Shown here: positions 10,018 to 21,480 of the stretch, piece by piece
Position numbering within the stretch: the first letter of the stretch is position 1
Layout: each line of letters starts with the position of its first letter
From: a virus
Length of the DNA: 64,000 bases
Virus record (IMG/VR): IMGVR_UViG_3300023179_000085
Coordinates: 1 to 64,000 of that record
Strand: one strand, 5' to 3'
Position numbers and translations under genes: made by a program
The notes under the pieces: generated by a model
The model's database searches: none
What the model was told of the DNA's origin: nothing
The model's input: only the letters and a program-made list of their open reading frames with translations

Positions 10018-11698
10018 ATGCCAATACCTAATATAACCAGTGATCAAATAGCAATCGATCCAACTAATGGAATCTTTTACTACCGAAACAACGCTAATAC
10101 ACTAGTAGCTTCTTCTTTAAATTTACTTCAATCATCTAATACATTAATTAGTACTGAAGATGGGCTGTCTATATCTGGTAACCTTGTCGTAAGTGGCAAT
10201 GTTGTTACAATTAGCACTGAAACACTTAGTGTAGAGGATGTAAATATTGAACTTGGAACTGTTTCTTCTCCAAGTAATACTACCGCAGATGGTGGTGGAA
10301 TAGTCCTAAAAGGAACTACTGATAAAACATTTCTTTGGTCTAATTCAACACAATCTTGGGAATCTTCTGAGGATATTAATTTAGCTTCTCGGTAAATCTA
10401 TAAAAGTTAACAATACGGTTGTTCTTACATCAACAACAATAACCGCAAATGTAACCGGTAATGTAAATGGTAATTTAACTGGCAATGTAACTGGAAATCT
10501 TAGTGGAAACGTAAATGGAAACGTAAATGGAAACGTAACTGGAAATCTAAGCGGAACAGCAAATTCTGCAAATTCCTGGACTACCGCAAGAAATATTATA
10601 CTTAGTGGCGATGTTGCTGGCAATGTTTTTATTGACGGAACACAAGATGTAACTATCAATACATTAATACAGCCGAATTCTGTTACCCTGGGTACTGATA
10701 CTACTGGTAGTTACATGGCAAATGTTGTTGCAGGCACCGGAATAACTATAACCGATAACTCAGGAGAGGGAATGACTCCGGTTATTTCGGTTACAGCTGG
10801 TACTTATGACGAGTACGGCGCAGCTTCGACCGCAGAAGCAAACGCAGTAGCATATGCGAATACAGTAGCAAATACGGCGTATTCAAACTCGGTTTCATAT
10901 ATAGATACAAGAACAATAAATGACTTATTTGATGTCAGTATCGCTAACGTAGCTAATGGAGATTTTCTTAGATATAACGGAAGTTCTTGGATCAATGATC
11001 CAGTTAACTTAGCTACAGATACCGTCGGAGACTACCTTGCTAATATATCTGCAGGTACAGGAATTATAATTTCTAACTCTGGAGGAGAAGGCTCCAATCC
11101 TGTTATATCGATAAATTCAGAGTTTACTCTTACAGCCAATGGAGATGTAGACGGATCTGTTTTAATATCCAATTTAGCAAATGCAACCCTAACTCTAACG
11201 ATAGCTAACGGCAGTGTAACATCTGACAAAATAGATTTTGGTTTTGTAGAAACACTACTTTCAGGAAATAATATAGAAATAATCGGAGAAATAGGAGTTG
11301 GTGCACTTAGTCCGGAAATATCTGTTTCGGACGATCCGTCTTTTAACACCGTTACGGCAGAACATTTAATTGTTGATGGTATTGAAATAGATACAACTGG
11401 AGCTGTTTTTGGTCAAGTATTAAAGTTTAATGGTGTTAAATTTATTCCAGATGAAGACACCGCAGAAGAAGGCCTTGGTACAGTAAGTAAGTACTCCGCA
11501 ACTATTGGCGATGGAGCAAATACCACATTTACCGTAACCCATGGTTTGGGCACTAGAGACGTATTGGTTGAAATATACGAAACGGGCTATTACGAAACCG
11601 TCTATGCAGCTGTAAGAAGGAGCAATTTAAACTCAATTGAAGTTACATTTGCCACTCCACCAGATTCTTCTTCTCGCAGAGTTGTTGTTACTGGATAA
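10018..11698 (+). CDS. fibre protein 2; +1 shift at CGG 10390 (about 559 aa joined)
   Basis: ...SEDINLAS-(C)GGT-KSIKVNN... is open in +1 through the 10715 ORF and matches the paralog SENMDLASGKTYN in fibre 1. Confidence 0.8.
10447..10560 (+). repeat. 12-nt degenerate repeat encoding (T/N/S)-G-N-(V/L) tetrapeptides
   Basis: aatgtaaccggt aatgtaaatggt aatttaactggc aatgtaactgga ... about 9 units within fibre 2. Confidence 0.8.
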
Positions 11699-11719
11699 GT
11701 TGCTGGTAGAATAATCTCC

Positions 11720-11728
11720 TGCTATAAT
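11720..11728 (+). promoter_or_regulatory. extended -10 host-type promoter TGCTATAAT
   Basis: Consensus TGnTATAAT in the intergenic gap before ATG11754. Confidence 0.65.
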
Positions 11729-11753
11729 TAGTGAAGAAAAAGGAGTTTATAAA

Positions 11754-12089
11754 ATGTCAAATGATTCATTGTTAACACCAGTAAGTTCAGACACTCATTC
11801 TACTCATGTTGAATATCCAGATGGTTCGCAGCCAACATCTTCTTTGACACAACAGGAATCAAAGCAACAGGCTACGCAAGTATCGCAAGCTTCTGTGGTT
11901 CCAACGGACGAAAAAAGTATTATTCTTGGTTTAATTGAATATCTTAAAAGAGGCGCAGAATACTCTGGAGAAAATCAAGCTCAATCTGATTGGTTTTTGT
12001 TCTGCTCTGATTGGGTAAAGTCAAAATATGAGGCTTCTGGTCTTTCCGATGCAAACACATCCCCAAGTGGCCCCTGGTTCAATCAGTAA
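11754..12089 (+). CDS. hypothetical protein
   Basis: AAGGAG SD, 111 aa. Confidence 0.7.
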   Translation: MSNDSLLTPVSSDTHSTHVEYPDGSQPTSSLTQQESKQQATQVSQASVVPTDEKSIILGLIEYLKRGAEYSGENQAQSDWFLFCSDWVKSKYEASGLSDANTSPSGPWFNQ

Positions 12090-12615
12090 TAAATATAAAA
12101 TAGGTATTCTTTCTGCTGGGAAAATGGGTTCTAGCATAGCTAGAACTTTGTCTGAAAAAGGAGTATTTTATACTTTTTTAGATGGAAGATCATCCAAGAC
12201 CATAGAAAATGCAAAAAGGTGTAACATACAAGTTGTCTCTTGTCTTGAGGAATTATTTGATAATATAGATATATTCATCTGTATTGGAACAAGCGGAATA
12301 GCTAAGGACTCTTTGCAGTTAGCAGTTAAATATAAATATAAAAATATTTATTTGGATTTAAACACTCTTTTTGGCAGAGAATCAGAACAAGAACTATATC
12401 GTATGTCCGAAAACAAATCATTTCACTATGTCGATGGCGCAATATATGGCTGGCCACCAAATGTGGATGAAAAGAAAATAAATTTAAACAAAACTAAAAT
12501 ATTATTATTTAATGATATAAATAATGTTATTTATAATTTGTTTAAAGGTGATTATTGGGATCCAAGTGTTGTAACAACACCGGCAAAAACCTACAGAAGA
12601 CTTAATCTTTCCTGA
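12067..12615 (+). CDS. NAD(P)-binding oxidoreductase (6PGDH/HIBADH-like Rossmann domain)
   Basis: KIGILSAGKMGSSIA, YLDLNT, YVDGAIYGWPP motifs; start uncertain (GTG12067 chosen). Confidence 0.65.
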   Translation: MAPGSISNKYKIGILSAGKMGSSIARTLSEKGVFYTFLDGRSSKTIENAKRCNIQVVSCLEELFDNIDIFICIGTSGIAKDSLQLAVKYKYKNIYLDLNTLFGRESEQELYRMSENKSFHYVDGAIYGWPPNVDEKKINLNKTKILLFNDINNVIYNLFKGDYWDPSVVTTPAKTYRRLNLS

Positions 12616-12889
12616 GTAGTATCCTGCCAGAAACGATAAGCTCTTTAGCCCAGGTACTAGCAGAGTGAACCAGTCCTAGGTGATTGGGTATCTGGAATTC
12701 ATCACATAGAGCCATATACTTTCCTTCAGAAACATCCTGCCAAAAAGCAATCATGGCTTCTGCACCAGTTCTTCCTGATATATAGTATTTTTTTTCTAAA
12801 GCCTGCGGAATAACCTGATCTGCCCAACTATCCTTTGGACTTGATTCAGCAACAACGCCCCTGTATTCGATTCCGCGCTCAACTTTCAT
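12602..12889 (-). CDS. hypothetical protein
   Basis: 95 aa, GGAG SD upstream on the minus strand; fills an otherwise empty gap. Confidence 0.65.
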   Translation of the reverse strand: MKVERGIEYRGVVAESSPKDSWADQVIPQALEKKYYISGRTGAEAMIAFWQDVSEGKYMALCDEFQIPNHLGLVHSASTWAKELIVSGRILLRKD

Positions 12890-12994
12890 AAAACTCCATT
12901 TATAAATTATAAATTATTTCATACTATTTGATATTTGATCATTACTATTCTATCATAGATAATGCCCTAGTCAACAATAATCAGAGAGGTAACT

Positions 12995-15900
12995 ATGCCA
13001 TTTAGTGGTTCTATATTTGCGGTTAACAATACACTCCTTTTAAAGAGATCCGACGAAGCAAACAATGCTCCTAGTTCGTTGATGCTCGGAGAATTGGCAC
13101 TTAACGTAGCTGATGGTAAATTATTTTATAAAAACAGCACTGCTAACGCCATAATACGGTGTTAACTTAATATCTAATGTTGTTGGAACCGCAAATCAGG
13201 TATCTGTTTCCTCGAACGCAACAAGCGGTGTTTATACACTCTCGCTACCAGAAACTCTTAATGTTGGCAATGTTTCTGCAAACAGTCTTAGCATTAATGG
13301 GGTTACAATTGATCCTACTGGTGCAACAACAAATCAGGTTCTTAAATTTGATGGCAATAGTTTTGTTCCTGGTTCGGACACTGGTTTGGCTGGTACTGTT
13401 CACGTTGAAACAATTGGCAATGGTTCGGCAACAACGTTCACAATAACACACAACCTTGGTACTCGTGACGTTGTAGTTGTCGCAAGAAATGCAGCAAGCC
13501 CATACGAGGTTATTGAAGTTAGATGGGAAGCAACAACAACTGGAACCGTTACACTTGACTTTTCAACTGCCCCCTCAAGCAATTCCGTAAGAGTTGGCGT
13601 ATACGCAGCCGTTGCAGGTTCAACGATAACCATTAGCTCAATAGACGATCTTGGCGATGTTTCAATTAGCGGCGCTGCTAATGGAGACTTCCTCCGTTAT
13701 AATGGTTCAGCTTGGATCAATGATCCCGTTAATCTTTCTACAGATACAGTTGGCAATTATGTTTCTAACGTTACCGCAGGAACTGGCATAACTATTACAA
13801 ATGCGGGAGGAGAAGGCTCTAATCCAACAATAGCCGTTACAGCAAACACATATGACGCCTATGGCGAAGCATCTAACGCCTATGCTAACGCAACATCTTA
13901 CACAGACAACGCAATCGCTAATGTTGCTACCTCGTTTGAAGTTGCCGCAGACGCTGGTGCTAGCAAAACAATTACATCAGGAACAGATACGCTAACAATT
14001 GCTGGAGGAACTGGCCTCAGCACCGTAACCTCCAATACAGATACGGTTACAGTTAATCTTGACAATACATCAGTTACAGCTGGAAACTATGGTAGCGCAA
14101 ACTCAGTCGCAGCATTTAACGTAGATGCTCAAGGCCGTTTAACCTCAGCTAGCAACACAACAATTGCAATAACAGCTTCTCAGGTAACAGACTTCTCAAC
14201 AGCTGCTGTAACGTCACTCAGTGGAACAGCAAACGAAGTAGAGGTTTCGGCTTCTAACGGAGCAGTAACTGTCGGGCTTCCCGCAAACGTTACAATAAGC
14301 AATACTCTTTCGGTTGGTTCAGACCTTACTGTGACTGGAAACCTTATTGTTCGTGGTAATACAACAACGGTAGATACCGAAGAGCTACATGTTTCTGACA
14401 ATATAATAGTTCTCAACCACGATGTGACTGGAGCGCCATCTCAAAACGCTGGTGTCCAAATTGAACGCGGTACATCAGCCGATGTAATGATCCGTTGGAA
14501 TGAAACAAGTGACAAGTGGGATTTTACAAATGATGGAACAAATTATTACAATATTGCAAGCAATTCCGATGTAGACACAGCGTATTCAAATGCAACTTCA
14601 TACACCGATAATGCTATTTCTAATGTAAATAATACAATCGCTAATATAGCAACATCTTTTGCAGTAGCAGGCGACTCTGGTTCAAACCAAACAATAACAT
14701 CGGGTTCAGACACGCTTACGATTGCTGGTGGAACTGGACTTTCAACGGTTGCAAGTGCAACTGATACAATTACCGTAAACCTAGATGATACGTCGGTTAC
14801 ATCTGGTAGCTACGGTGGATCCAATACAGTTGCAACATTCACCGTTGATGCACAAGGTCGCCTCACCGCAGCCGGTAATTCCACAATATCAATTGTCGCA
14901 TCTCAAGTTAGCGACTTTACCTCCAACGCCAGAGCAGCAATAAGCGTTTCTGGTGATTTAAGCTATAACTCAAGCACTGGTGTAATAAGTTTTACAAACG
15001 ACGCTGGTGATATCGAATCTGTAACAGCTGGCACTGGCCTTAGTGGTGGCGGTTCTTCGGGCAATGTCACTATAGACCTAGCTAACACTACCGTAACTGC
15101 AGCATCATATGGATCAGCAAATACAGTTGCAACATTCACAGTCGATGCACAAGGTCGCCTAACAGCAGCTGGTAATTCAACTATCTCGATAACTGGTTCA
15201 CAGGTCTCTGACCTTGCATCTGTTGCGGTGACATCCTTAACTGGAACAGCAAACGAGGTAGAAGTCTCGGCTTCTAATGGGGCAGTAACCGTTGGCCTTC
15301 CATCTAATGTAACAATTGGCCAGGATCTTACTGTAACCGGAAACCTTACTGTTCAGGGTAACACAACCACCCTTAATACAGAAACTATTAATGTTGAAGA
15401 TAATATAATAGTTCTCAATAGCACAGTGACTGGATCGCCAACACTTGATGCCGGAATCGAAGTTGAAAGAGGAACTTCTAATAACGCAGTCTTTAAGTGG
15501 AACGAAACAGACGATAAGTGGCAAATAAGCTCGGATGGCACAACCTATGCCAACGTAGCAACAACAAACGACGTTGCTGCAGTTTCGATTACCGCACTTA
15601 ATGATATTGGTGACGTAAACATTACCTCTGCTGCAAGTGGAGATTTCCTCAAGTGGAATGGTACAGCCTGGGTAAATGATGCAATTGATCTTGGTACAGA
15701 CACCGTTGGTGACTATGTTGCAAACTTGACAGCCGGAACAGGAATAACGCTTTCTGGAGCAGGTGGAGAAGGTTCTAATGTAACAGTTACCTTAGGTAAT
15801 ACTGCCGTTACAGCAGGATCGTACGGTGCTGCAAACACAGTATCCACCTTCACTGTCGACGCACAAGGTCGTTTGACAACAGCAGGCAACTCAACAATAT

Positions 15901-17081
15901 CGATCACTGCATCGCAAGTTACAGACTTTACTTCAAACGCTAGAGCAGCTATAAGCGTATCTGGAGACCTTTCCTACAATAGCAGCACTGGTGTAATCAG
16001 CTTCACAAACGACGCTGGCGACATTGAGTCGGTTACTGCTGGAACAGGTCTTAGTGGTGGTGGCTCTTCAGGCAACGTAACAGTAAGCTTGGCAAATACA
16101 ACCGTAGTGGCCAATACTTACGGTGCCGCTGATTCTGTTTCGATAATAACAGTTGATGCTCAGGGTCGCTTGACAAATGCAACCAACTCAATGATATCCA
16201 TTCTTGCATCGCAAGTAAGCGATCTTTCATCAAATGCCGTAACTTCACTTACTGGGACTGCAAATGAAATTGAAGTTTCCGCTTCTGCTGGTGCGATTAC
16301 AGTTGGCTTGCCATCAAATGTGACGATTGGACAAGACTTAACAGTTTCGGGCAACCTCACTGTTAATGGTAATACTACCACTCTGAATACAGAGACCCTG
16401 TCAGTTGAGGACAATATAATAGTCCTCAACAGCGGAGTTACCGCAGCTCCATCGCTCAATGCCGGAATCAAGATCGAGCGTGGTACATCTTCAGATGCAG
16501 AATTCCGCTGGAATGAAGCTACAGATACATGGCAGATAAGTTCTGATTCGAGCAATTATTCAAATATAGCATCTGGATCATTTGTGGCTAATGTTACTGC
16601 AGGTACTGGTGTAACAATCACAAATGCCGGAGGCGAGGGTGCAAATCCGACATTCGCAATTGGTCAGTCAGTTGGAACTGGTGACTCAGTGTCGTTTGCT
16701 AATGCGACAGTAACAAATACGGTTTCAGCTGGTGCATTCACAATCGACTCGACTGGTGAACTCAATACATCAACTCAAGCTGTTTCTGTAAATACAATAA
16801 CAACAGTTGATAGCTTTGATAAGACGGCTTATAGAACAGCCAAATACCTAATCCAGGTAACCCAAGGTTCTAAGTATACAAGTTCAGAAGTACTGCTTGT
16901 TCATGATGGTACAGATTCCTACCTCTCGGAATATGCAATAATCGAACTTGGTGCATCAAGAATCCCCTTGTCTGTTTCAACTTCGATATCTTCGGGTAAC
17001 GTTCTCCTCAGAGTTACAATAACCGATGCAGCAAGCACAAATGCCACTGTCAAAGTTGCAAGAACACTAATAGCGGTGTAA
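12995..17081 (+). CDS. long modular fibre protein 3; +1 shift at CGG 13157 (about 1361 aa joined)
   Basis: GAGG SD + ATG12995 (MPFSGSIFAVNNTLLLKRSDEANNAPSSLMLGELALNVADGKLFYKN, like the fibre 1 N-terminus), then ATA-C-GGT into a frame continuous with the 13386 ORF. Confidence 0.8.
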
Positions 17082-17145
17082 TATAAATAGGTAGAAATAC
17101 CTCAACAATTTAATAGTTTTTAAACTAGAGGGACAGTGAACTTTA

Positions 17146-18138
17146 GTGGCAGACAAAGATTTCGTAGTTAAGAATGGGCTCGTAGTCGGTGATACGATTA
17201 CGGTATCTGGCGTACAGTTAGATCTTTCAAATGCCACCTCTGGTCAAATACTTAAATTTGATGGTAGCAAATTTGCTCCGGCTAGTGATGAAGTAGACGG
17301 CCAACCCTCGGTCTATGCCACAACAATTGGGGATGGATCAAGTTCTTCTTATGTTGTCACGCATAACTTGGATAGCAGAAATGTGGTTGTTTCAGTACTC
17401 GATGCAGCAAGTCCATACGATGCAATTTTTGTAAGAAGTGAAGCTACAACTGCCAACACTGTAATGTTAGATTTCTCTGCTCCAGTTTCGTCAAACTCAA
17501 GAAGAGTATTCATAAGTTCTGCAGGGGAGTACGATTACCACAGCCAAACAATAGGTAACGGATCAAACTCAAGCTTTGAAATTAATCATGGACTTGGTTC
17601 AAGAGATGTGGTTGTAACCTTAAGAAATGCTAACGCCGACTACGACTTTGTTGAAGCAGCCACTTTTGCAACATCTTCAAATAAAGTTACATTAGATTTT
17701 AGCGCAGCTCCATTGGCAAACTCTATTGTAGCTTCTGTTTTTCTTCCACTAGAAGGGTTTAGTTATTCTAAAATAGTTGGAGATGGTTCTAGTTCTGTAT
17801 TTGAAATAAACCATAATTTAAATTCAAGAGATGTTGCAATAATAGTCAGAGATACAGAAGCTCCTTATGGATTCGTAAAGCCATATTGGGAAGCTACTAC
17901 AGCAAATGCGGTTTCAGTTGCTTTCGAGGTAGCGCCAGAATCTTCTTCTAAAGAAATAACGGTATTTAAAGGTGTTGGCGGAAAAGTAACTCCACCTTCT
18001 TTTAACGACATTACAGTAGCAGCCCCCACAACATCATCCTCAGATGGTCAAAAGGGAGACATAGCTTATGATGAAAATTATATTTATATATGTGTTGACG
18101 AAAACACATGGAAGAGATTTTCTTTGTCAACCTGGTAG
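17146..18138 (+). CDS. fibre-related protein with three (T/N)HxLxSRxV modules
   Basis: Three tandem IGDGSSS..H.L.SR.V.V modules shared with fibres 2 and 3; C-terminal KGDIAYDENYIYICVDENTWKR. Confidence 0.75.
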   Translation: MADKDFVVKNGLVVGDTITVSGVQLDLSNATSGQILKFDGSKFAPASDEVDGQPSVYATTIGDGSSSSYVVTHNLDSRNVVVSVLDAASPYDAIFVRSEATTANTVMLDFSAPVSSNSRRVFISSAGEYDYHSQTIGNGSNSSFEINHGLGSRDVVVTLRNANADYDFVEAATFATSSNKVTLDFSAAPLANSIVASVFLPLEGFSYSKIVGDGSSSVFEINHNLNSRDVAIIVRDTEAPYGFVKPYWEATTANAVSVAFEVAPESSSKEITVFKGVGGKVTPPSFNDITVAAPTTSSSDGQKGDIAYDENYIYICVDENTWKRFSLSTW

Positions 18139-18143
18139 CATTA

Positions 18144-18152
18144 TGCTATAAT
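18144..18152 (+). promoter_or_regulatory. extended -10 promoter TGCTATAAT, probably leaderless transcript
   Basis: ATG18160 lies 7 nt downstream with no SD. Confidence 0.6.
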
Positions 18153-18159
18153 GGGAATT

Positions 18160-18966
18160 ATGTCTATAGAACAACAAAATATTAATATAACAATCCCAAA
18201 AGAAAAAATTCAAGAATGGAATGTTTTCTTTGCTCTTCCGTGTTACGACTCTCATGTAACAGAACCGTTCATGATGAGTTTTATGCAGGCATGTTTGTAT
18301 TTTAAAGAAATTGGTCTTAAGTACTCAGTCTGTACAATATCAGATTCTTTAATTAATCGAGCTAGAAATAATTTAGTAGCTAAATTTATGGGCAGTGAGA
18401 CATCTACTCACTTTATGTTTATAGATACAGATCTTCAATTTGACAAAGAAGCGGTTCTCAAGATGCTATGGCACGATAAGGACGTTATGACGGCTTCTTA
18501 TCCGATCAAAGAAATAAACTGGGAAAGAGTTAAAGATGGAGCTCTTAAAGATCTTGATTCAAAAGATCTGATGGAATACGCAACAAGATATGTGGTGCAT
18601 CTTACTAAGCCTGGCGAAGTCCAGCTTAATATAGAAAATGGTGCCATAGAATGCTACGAAGCTGGAACAGGCTTTATGTTAATAAAGCGACAAGTATTTG
18701 AAAAAATGTTTAAAAAATATAAAAAATTAAAATACAATGACGATACTGGCGCATTGCATGATATCGAAAAAGAATACGGTTATGCTCTTTTTAATTCATA
18801 CGTAGACGAAGATGGCAGATTCCTTTCTGAAGACTATGGATTTTGTAGATATTGGCAGAAAATGGGTGGAAAAGTTTGGGTAGACCCAACCATTAACTTA
18901 ACCCACTTTGGGCGCATAAAATACCACGGTAAAATGTTAGAATATTTAAAGAGAATAACACAATAA
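18160..18966 (+). CDS. glycosyltransferase-like protein (GT-A fold)
   Basis: SLINRARNNLV, THFMFIDTD (DxD), AGTGFMLIKR, LSEDYGFC motifs. Confidence 0.75.
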   Translation: MSIEQQNINITIPKEKIQEWNVFFALPCYDSHVTEPFMMSFMQACLYFKEIGLKYSVCTISDSLINRARNNLVAKFMGSETSTHFMFIDTDLQFDKEAVLKMLWHDKDVMTASYPIKEINWERVKDGALKDLDSKDLMEYATRYVVHLTKPGEVQLNIENGAIECYEAGTGFMLIKRQVFEKMFKKYKKLKYNDDTGALHDIEKEYGYALFNSYVDEDGRFLSEDYGFCRYWQKMGGKVWVDPTINLTHFGRIKYHGKMLEYLKRITQ

Positions 18967-19037
18967 TTTTATGAATAAGCCATTACTATATTCAACGAGC
19001 ATTTGATTATACCAATAACTAAGCTTATAGGAGAACC

Positions 19038-20964
19038 ATGGCCCGTTTAAGATTTGAAACAGCACCAGAAATAACAGTTAATGATGAAGCAGTCGTATTT
19101 AAGGCCGCCAATGGCGCTACTGCTCCATTGGTTGAATTTAAGGGCACTGATGGCAATGTTGTTGCAAACATTTCTGCTACTGGAATTTTAAATGTAACTT
19201 CAGTTGTTGCATCTAATGCGGGAAGCACCTCAACGTCTTTGGCGACAAAACGGTTATGTTGACGAAATTGCAAGCGGGATTAAAGCAAAACCTTCCGCAA
19301 GGGTAGCTACAATAGCCAATCTTAATGCAACGTACAATAATGGAACAAACGGAGTTGGCGCAACATTAACAGCTAATTCAAACGGCGCACTTACAGTTGA
19401 CTCATTGTCTGGATTTTCTGTCAATCAAGGAATTTTGGTAAAAAATCAAACTACAGCAGCCCAAAATGGTAGATATGTTGTCACAACTGTTGGTGATGGA
19501 TCAACTCCCTGGGTTTTGACTAGGTGCGGTTTGTGCAATGAGGCTAGTGAAATACCAGGCGCCTATATCTTTGTCACCAACGGAACATCTGCTGGAAAAG
19601 GATTCGTGCTGACAGTATCAAATCCAGATACATTTGTTGTTGGAACGGACGCTATAAACGTAGTTCAGTTTAGCTCCGCTGGTTCATTTTTAGCTGGAAC
19701 TGGTTTAGTTCTTGATGGAAGTTACTTTAATGTGCAAACAGCAAATTCTGCAAGAATAGTCGTCAATGCAGATAACATCGACTTAGCAAGTGTCAACGTT
19801 AACAATGTCAATGGCGCAAATACTCTTAATTTTATAAGTTCAATAACGGTTGATCAATACGGAAGGGTTACTGACAAAGAGTCTTCACAAGTTGATCTAT
19901 CCGGAGTTAATACGGCGATTGGGTTGCGCTTATTGAGCACAGAGGCAGCTAACACCTATCTTACAACCGCAACCGCCTCTAGCACCTATCTTACAACCGC
20001 AACCGCCTCTAGCACTTATCTTACAACTGCGACTGCCGCTAATACGTATATCGCAAATTCAATTGTTGATGCAAAAGGTGACCTTATTGTTGCTTCCGCA
20101 GCAGACACTGTTGGTAGACTGGCTGCAGGAACAAATGGTCAATTCCTTAAAGCGAATAGCTCAACTGCAAGCGGTTTACAGTGGGCTGACATTCCAACGA
20201 TTAATAATCTTGATGATGTTGGCGATGTAACAATAACAGGCAACGCTACAAATCAGTATCTTAAATACAATGGTAGCGCTTGGGTTAATGCATCGATACC
20301 AACAATTAATGCCCTAGACGATGTTGGCGATGTTACAATTACATCTGCCGTTGCAAACCAGGTTCTTCTATATAACGGATCAGCTTGGATAAATACATCA
20401 AATCCCACAGTCGCCGGAAACCTCACTGTTTCTGGAGACCTAACAGTAAACGGAACAACCACAACAATTAATACCGCAACTTTGAATGTTTCAGATAATA
20501 TTATCGTTTTAAATAACGATGTTACTGGATCACCATCAGAAAATGCTGGCATTGAAGTAGAGCGCGGTACATCAACAAATGTTCTGGTTAGATGGAATGA
20601 AACAGACGACTGTTGGGAGTTTACAAATGACGGAACAAAGTATGAAAGAATTGTGGGTGACACACTAACAAATGCCCAAACAGCCGCTTATACCCTTGTT
20701 CTTGCAGACAGGTCAAAGATGGTTGAAATGAGCGTGGCTTCTGGTCATAACCTAACCGTCCCCACCAACGCAAACGTAGCCTTCCCGGTTGGAACTACGA
20801 TAACAGTACTGCAGACCGGAGCAGGTCAAACAACTATAGCTGGCCAATCAGGCGTAACGATTAATGCCACACCAGGGCTTAAGTTGCGCGCACAATGGTC
20901 ATCTGCTACACTTATAAAGAGAGCTACCGATACATGGGTAGCACTAGGAGACTTGGCAGCATAA
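19038..20964 (+). CDS. fibre protein 4; +1 shift at CGG 19251 (about 641 aa joined)
   Basis: AGGAG SD + ATG19038; joining gives SLATK-G-YVDEIASG, the common fibre motif ATKxYVD; ILVKNQTTAAQNGRYVV module follows. Confidence 0.85.
19951..20040 (+). repeat. 3 x 30-nt tandem repeat (xTYLTTATAx)
   Basis: acctatcttacaaccgcaaccgcctctagc repeated nearly perfectly twice, third copy degenerate. Confidence 0.9.
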
Positions 20965-20965
20965 T

Positions 20966-21455
20966 ATGAGCGCTAATAAGACACCAGAGCCTGGTAAAGG
21001 TAGTAAAAGAAAAGCCGCTAAACCAACCATAGCAGCACGGAACAGCAAAAGCAACCGCTAATACAACTATTACCAATGCGGGTTTTACTGTAGGTAACGT
21101 AACCGCAGAATCAACCGCAGTTTCTGGAAATCTTGATAAGGTTAAAAACGCCGTAACCGATACAACAGTGACTCCATTGGGTACACCAATCAATTACACT
21201 ATTCATAGCCCCTTCTTCCCACCATATTTTCCACCATATTTCCCGCCGTTCTTTCCGCCATTCTTTCCGCCGTTTTTCCCACCGTTTTTCCCACCGTTTT
21301 TCCCACCATTCTTCCCACCGTTTTTCCCACCGTTCTTCCCACCGTTTTTCCCACCGTTCTTCCCACCATATTTCCCACCATGCTTTGGCGTCTTTTTCTA
21401 TGGTCCTGAAGTACGTGACAGTTGTGGCAACTTCTTGGGTTGGAATAATACATAA
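20966..21455 (+). CDS. PASTA-like domain protein with (PP[F/Y]F)n tail; +1 shift at CGG 21038 (about 162 aa joined)
   Basis: ATG20966 directly after the fibre 4 stop; ...KPTIAA-G-TAKATANTTITNAGFTVGNVT...TPLGTPINYTI resembles PASTA; continues into the 21168 ORF. Confidence 0.7.
21219..21386 (+). repeat. 14 x 12-nt repeat encoding PP(F/Y/C)F
   Basis: CCR CCR TWY TTY units (last unit has TGC) with mostly synonymous variation. Confidence 0.95.
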
Positions 21456-21480
21456 TTCTTTAAAATAAAATGGATTACAT

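Noticed and set aside
21219-21386. CRISPR array or non-coding satellite
   Set aside because: No spacers; the 12-nt unit varies mostly at synonymous positions, so it is a coding repeat. The minus-strand ORF 21199-21453 is its shadow.
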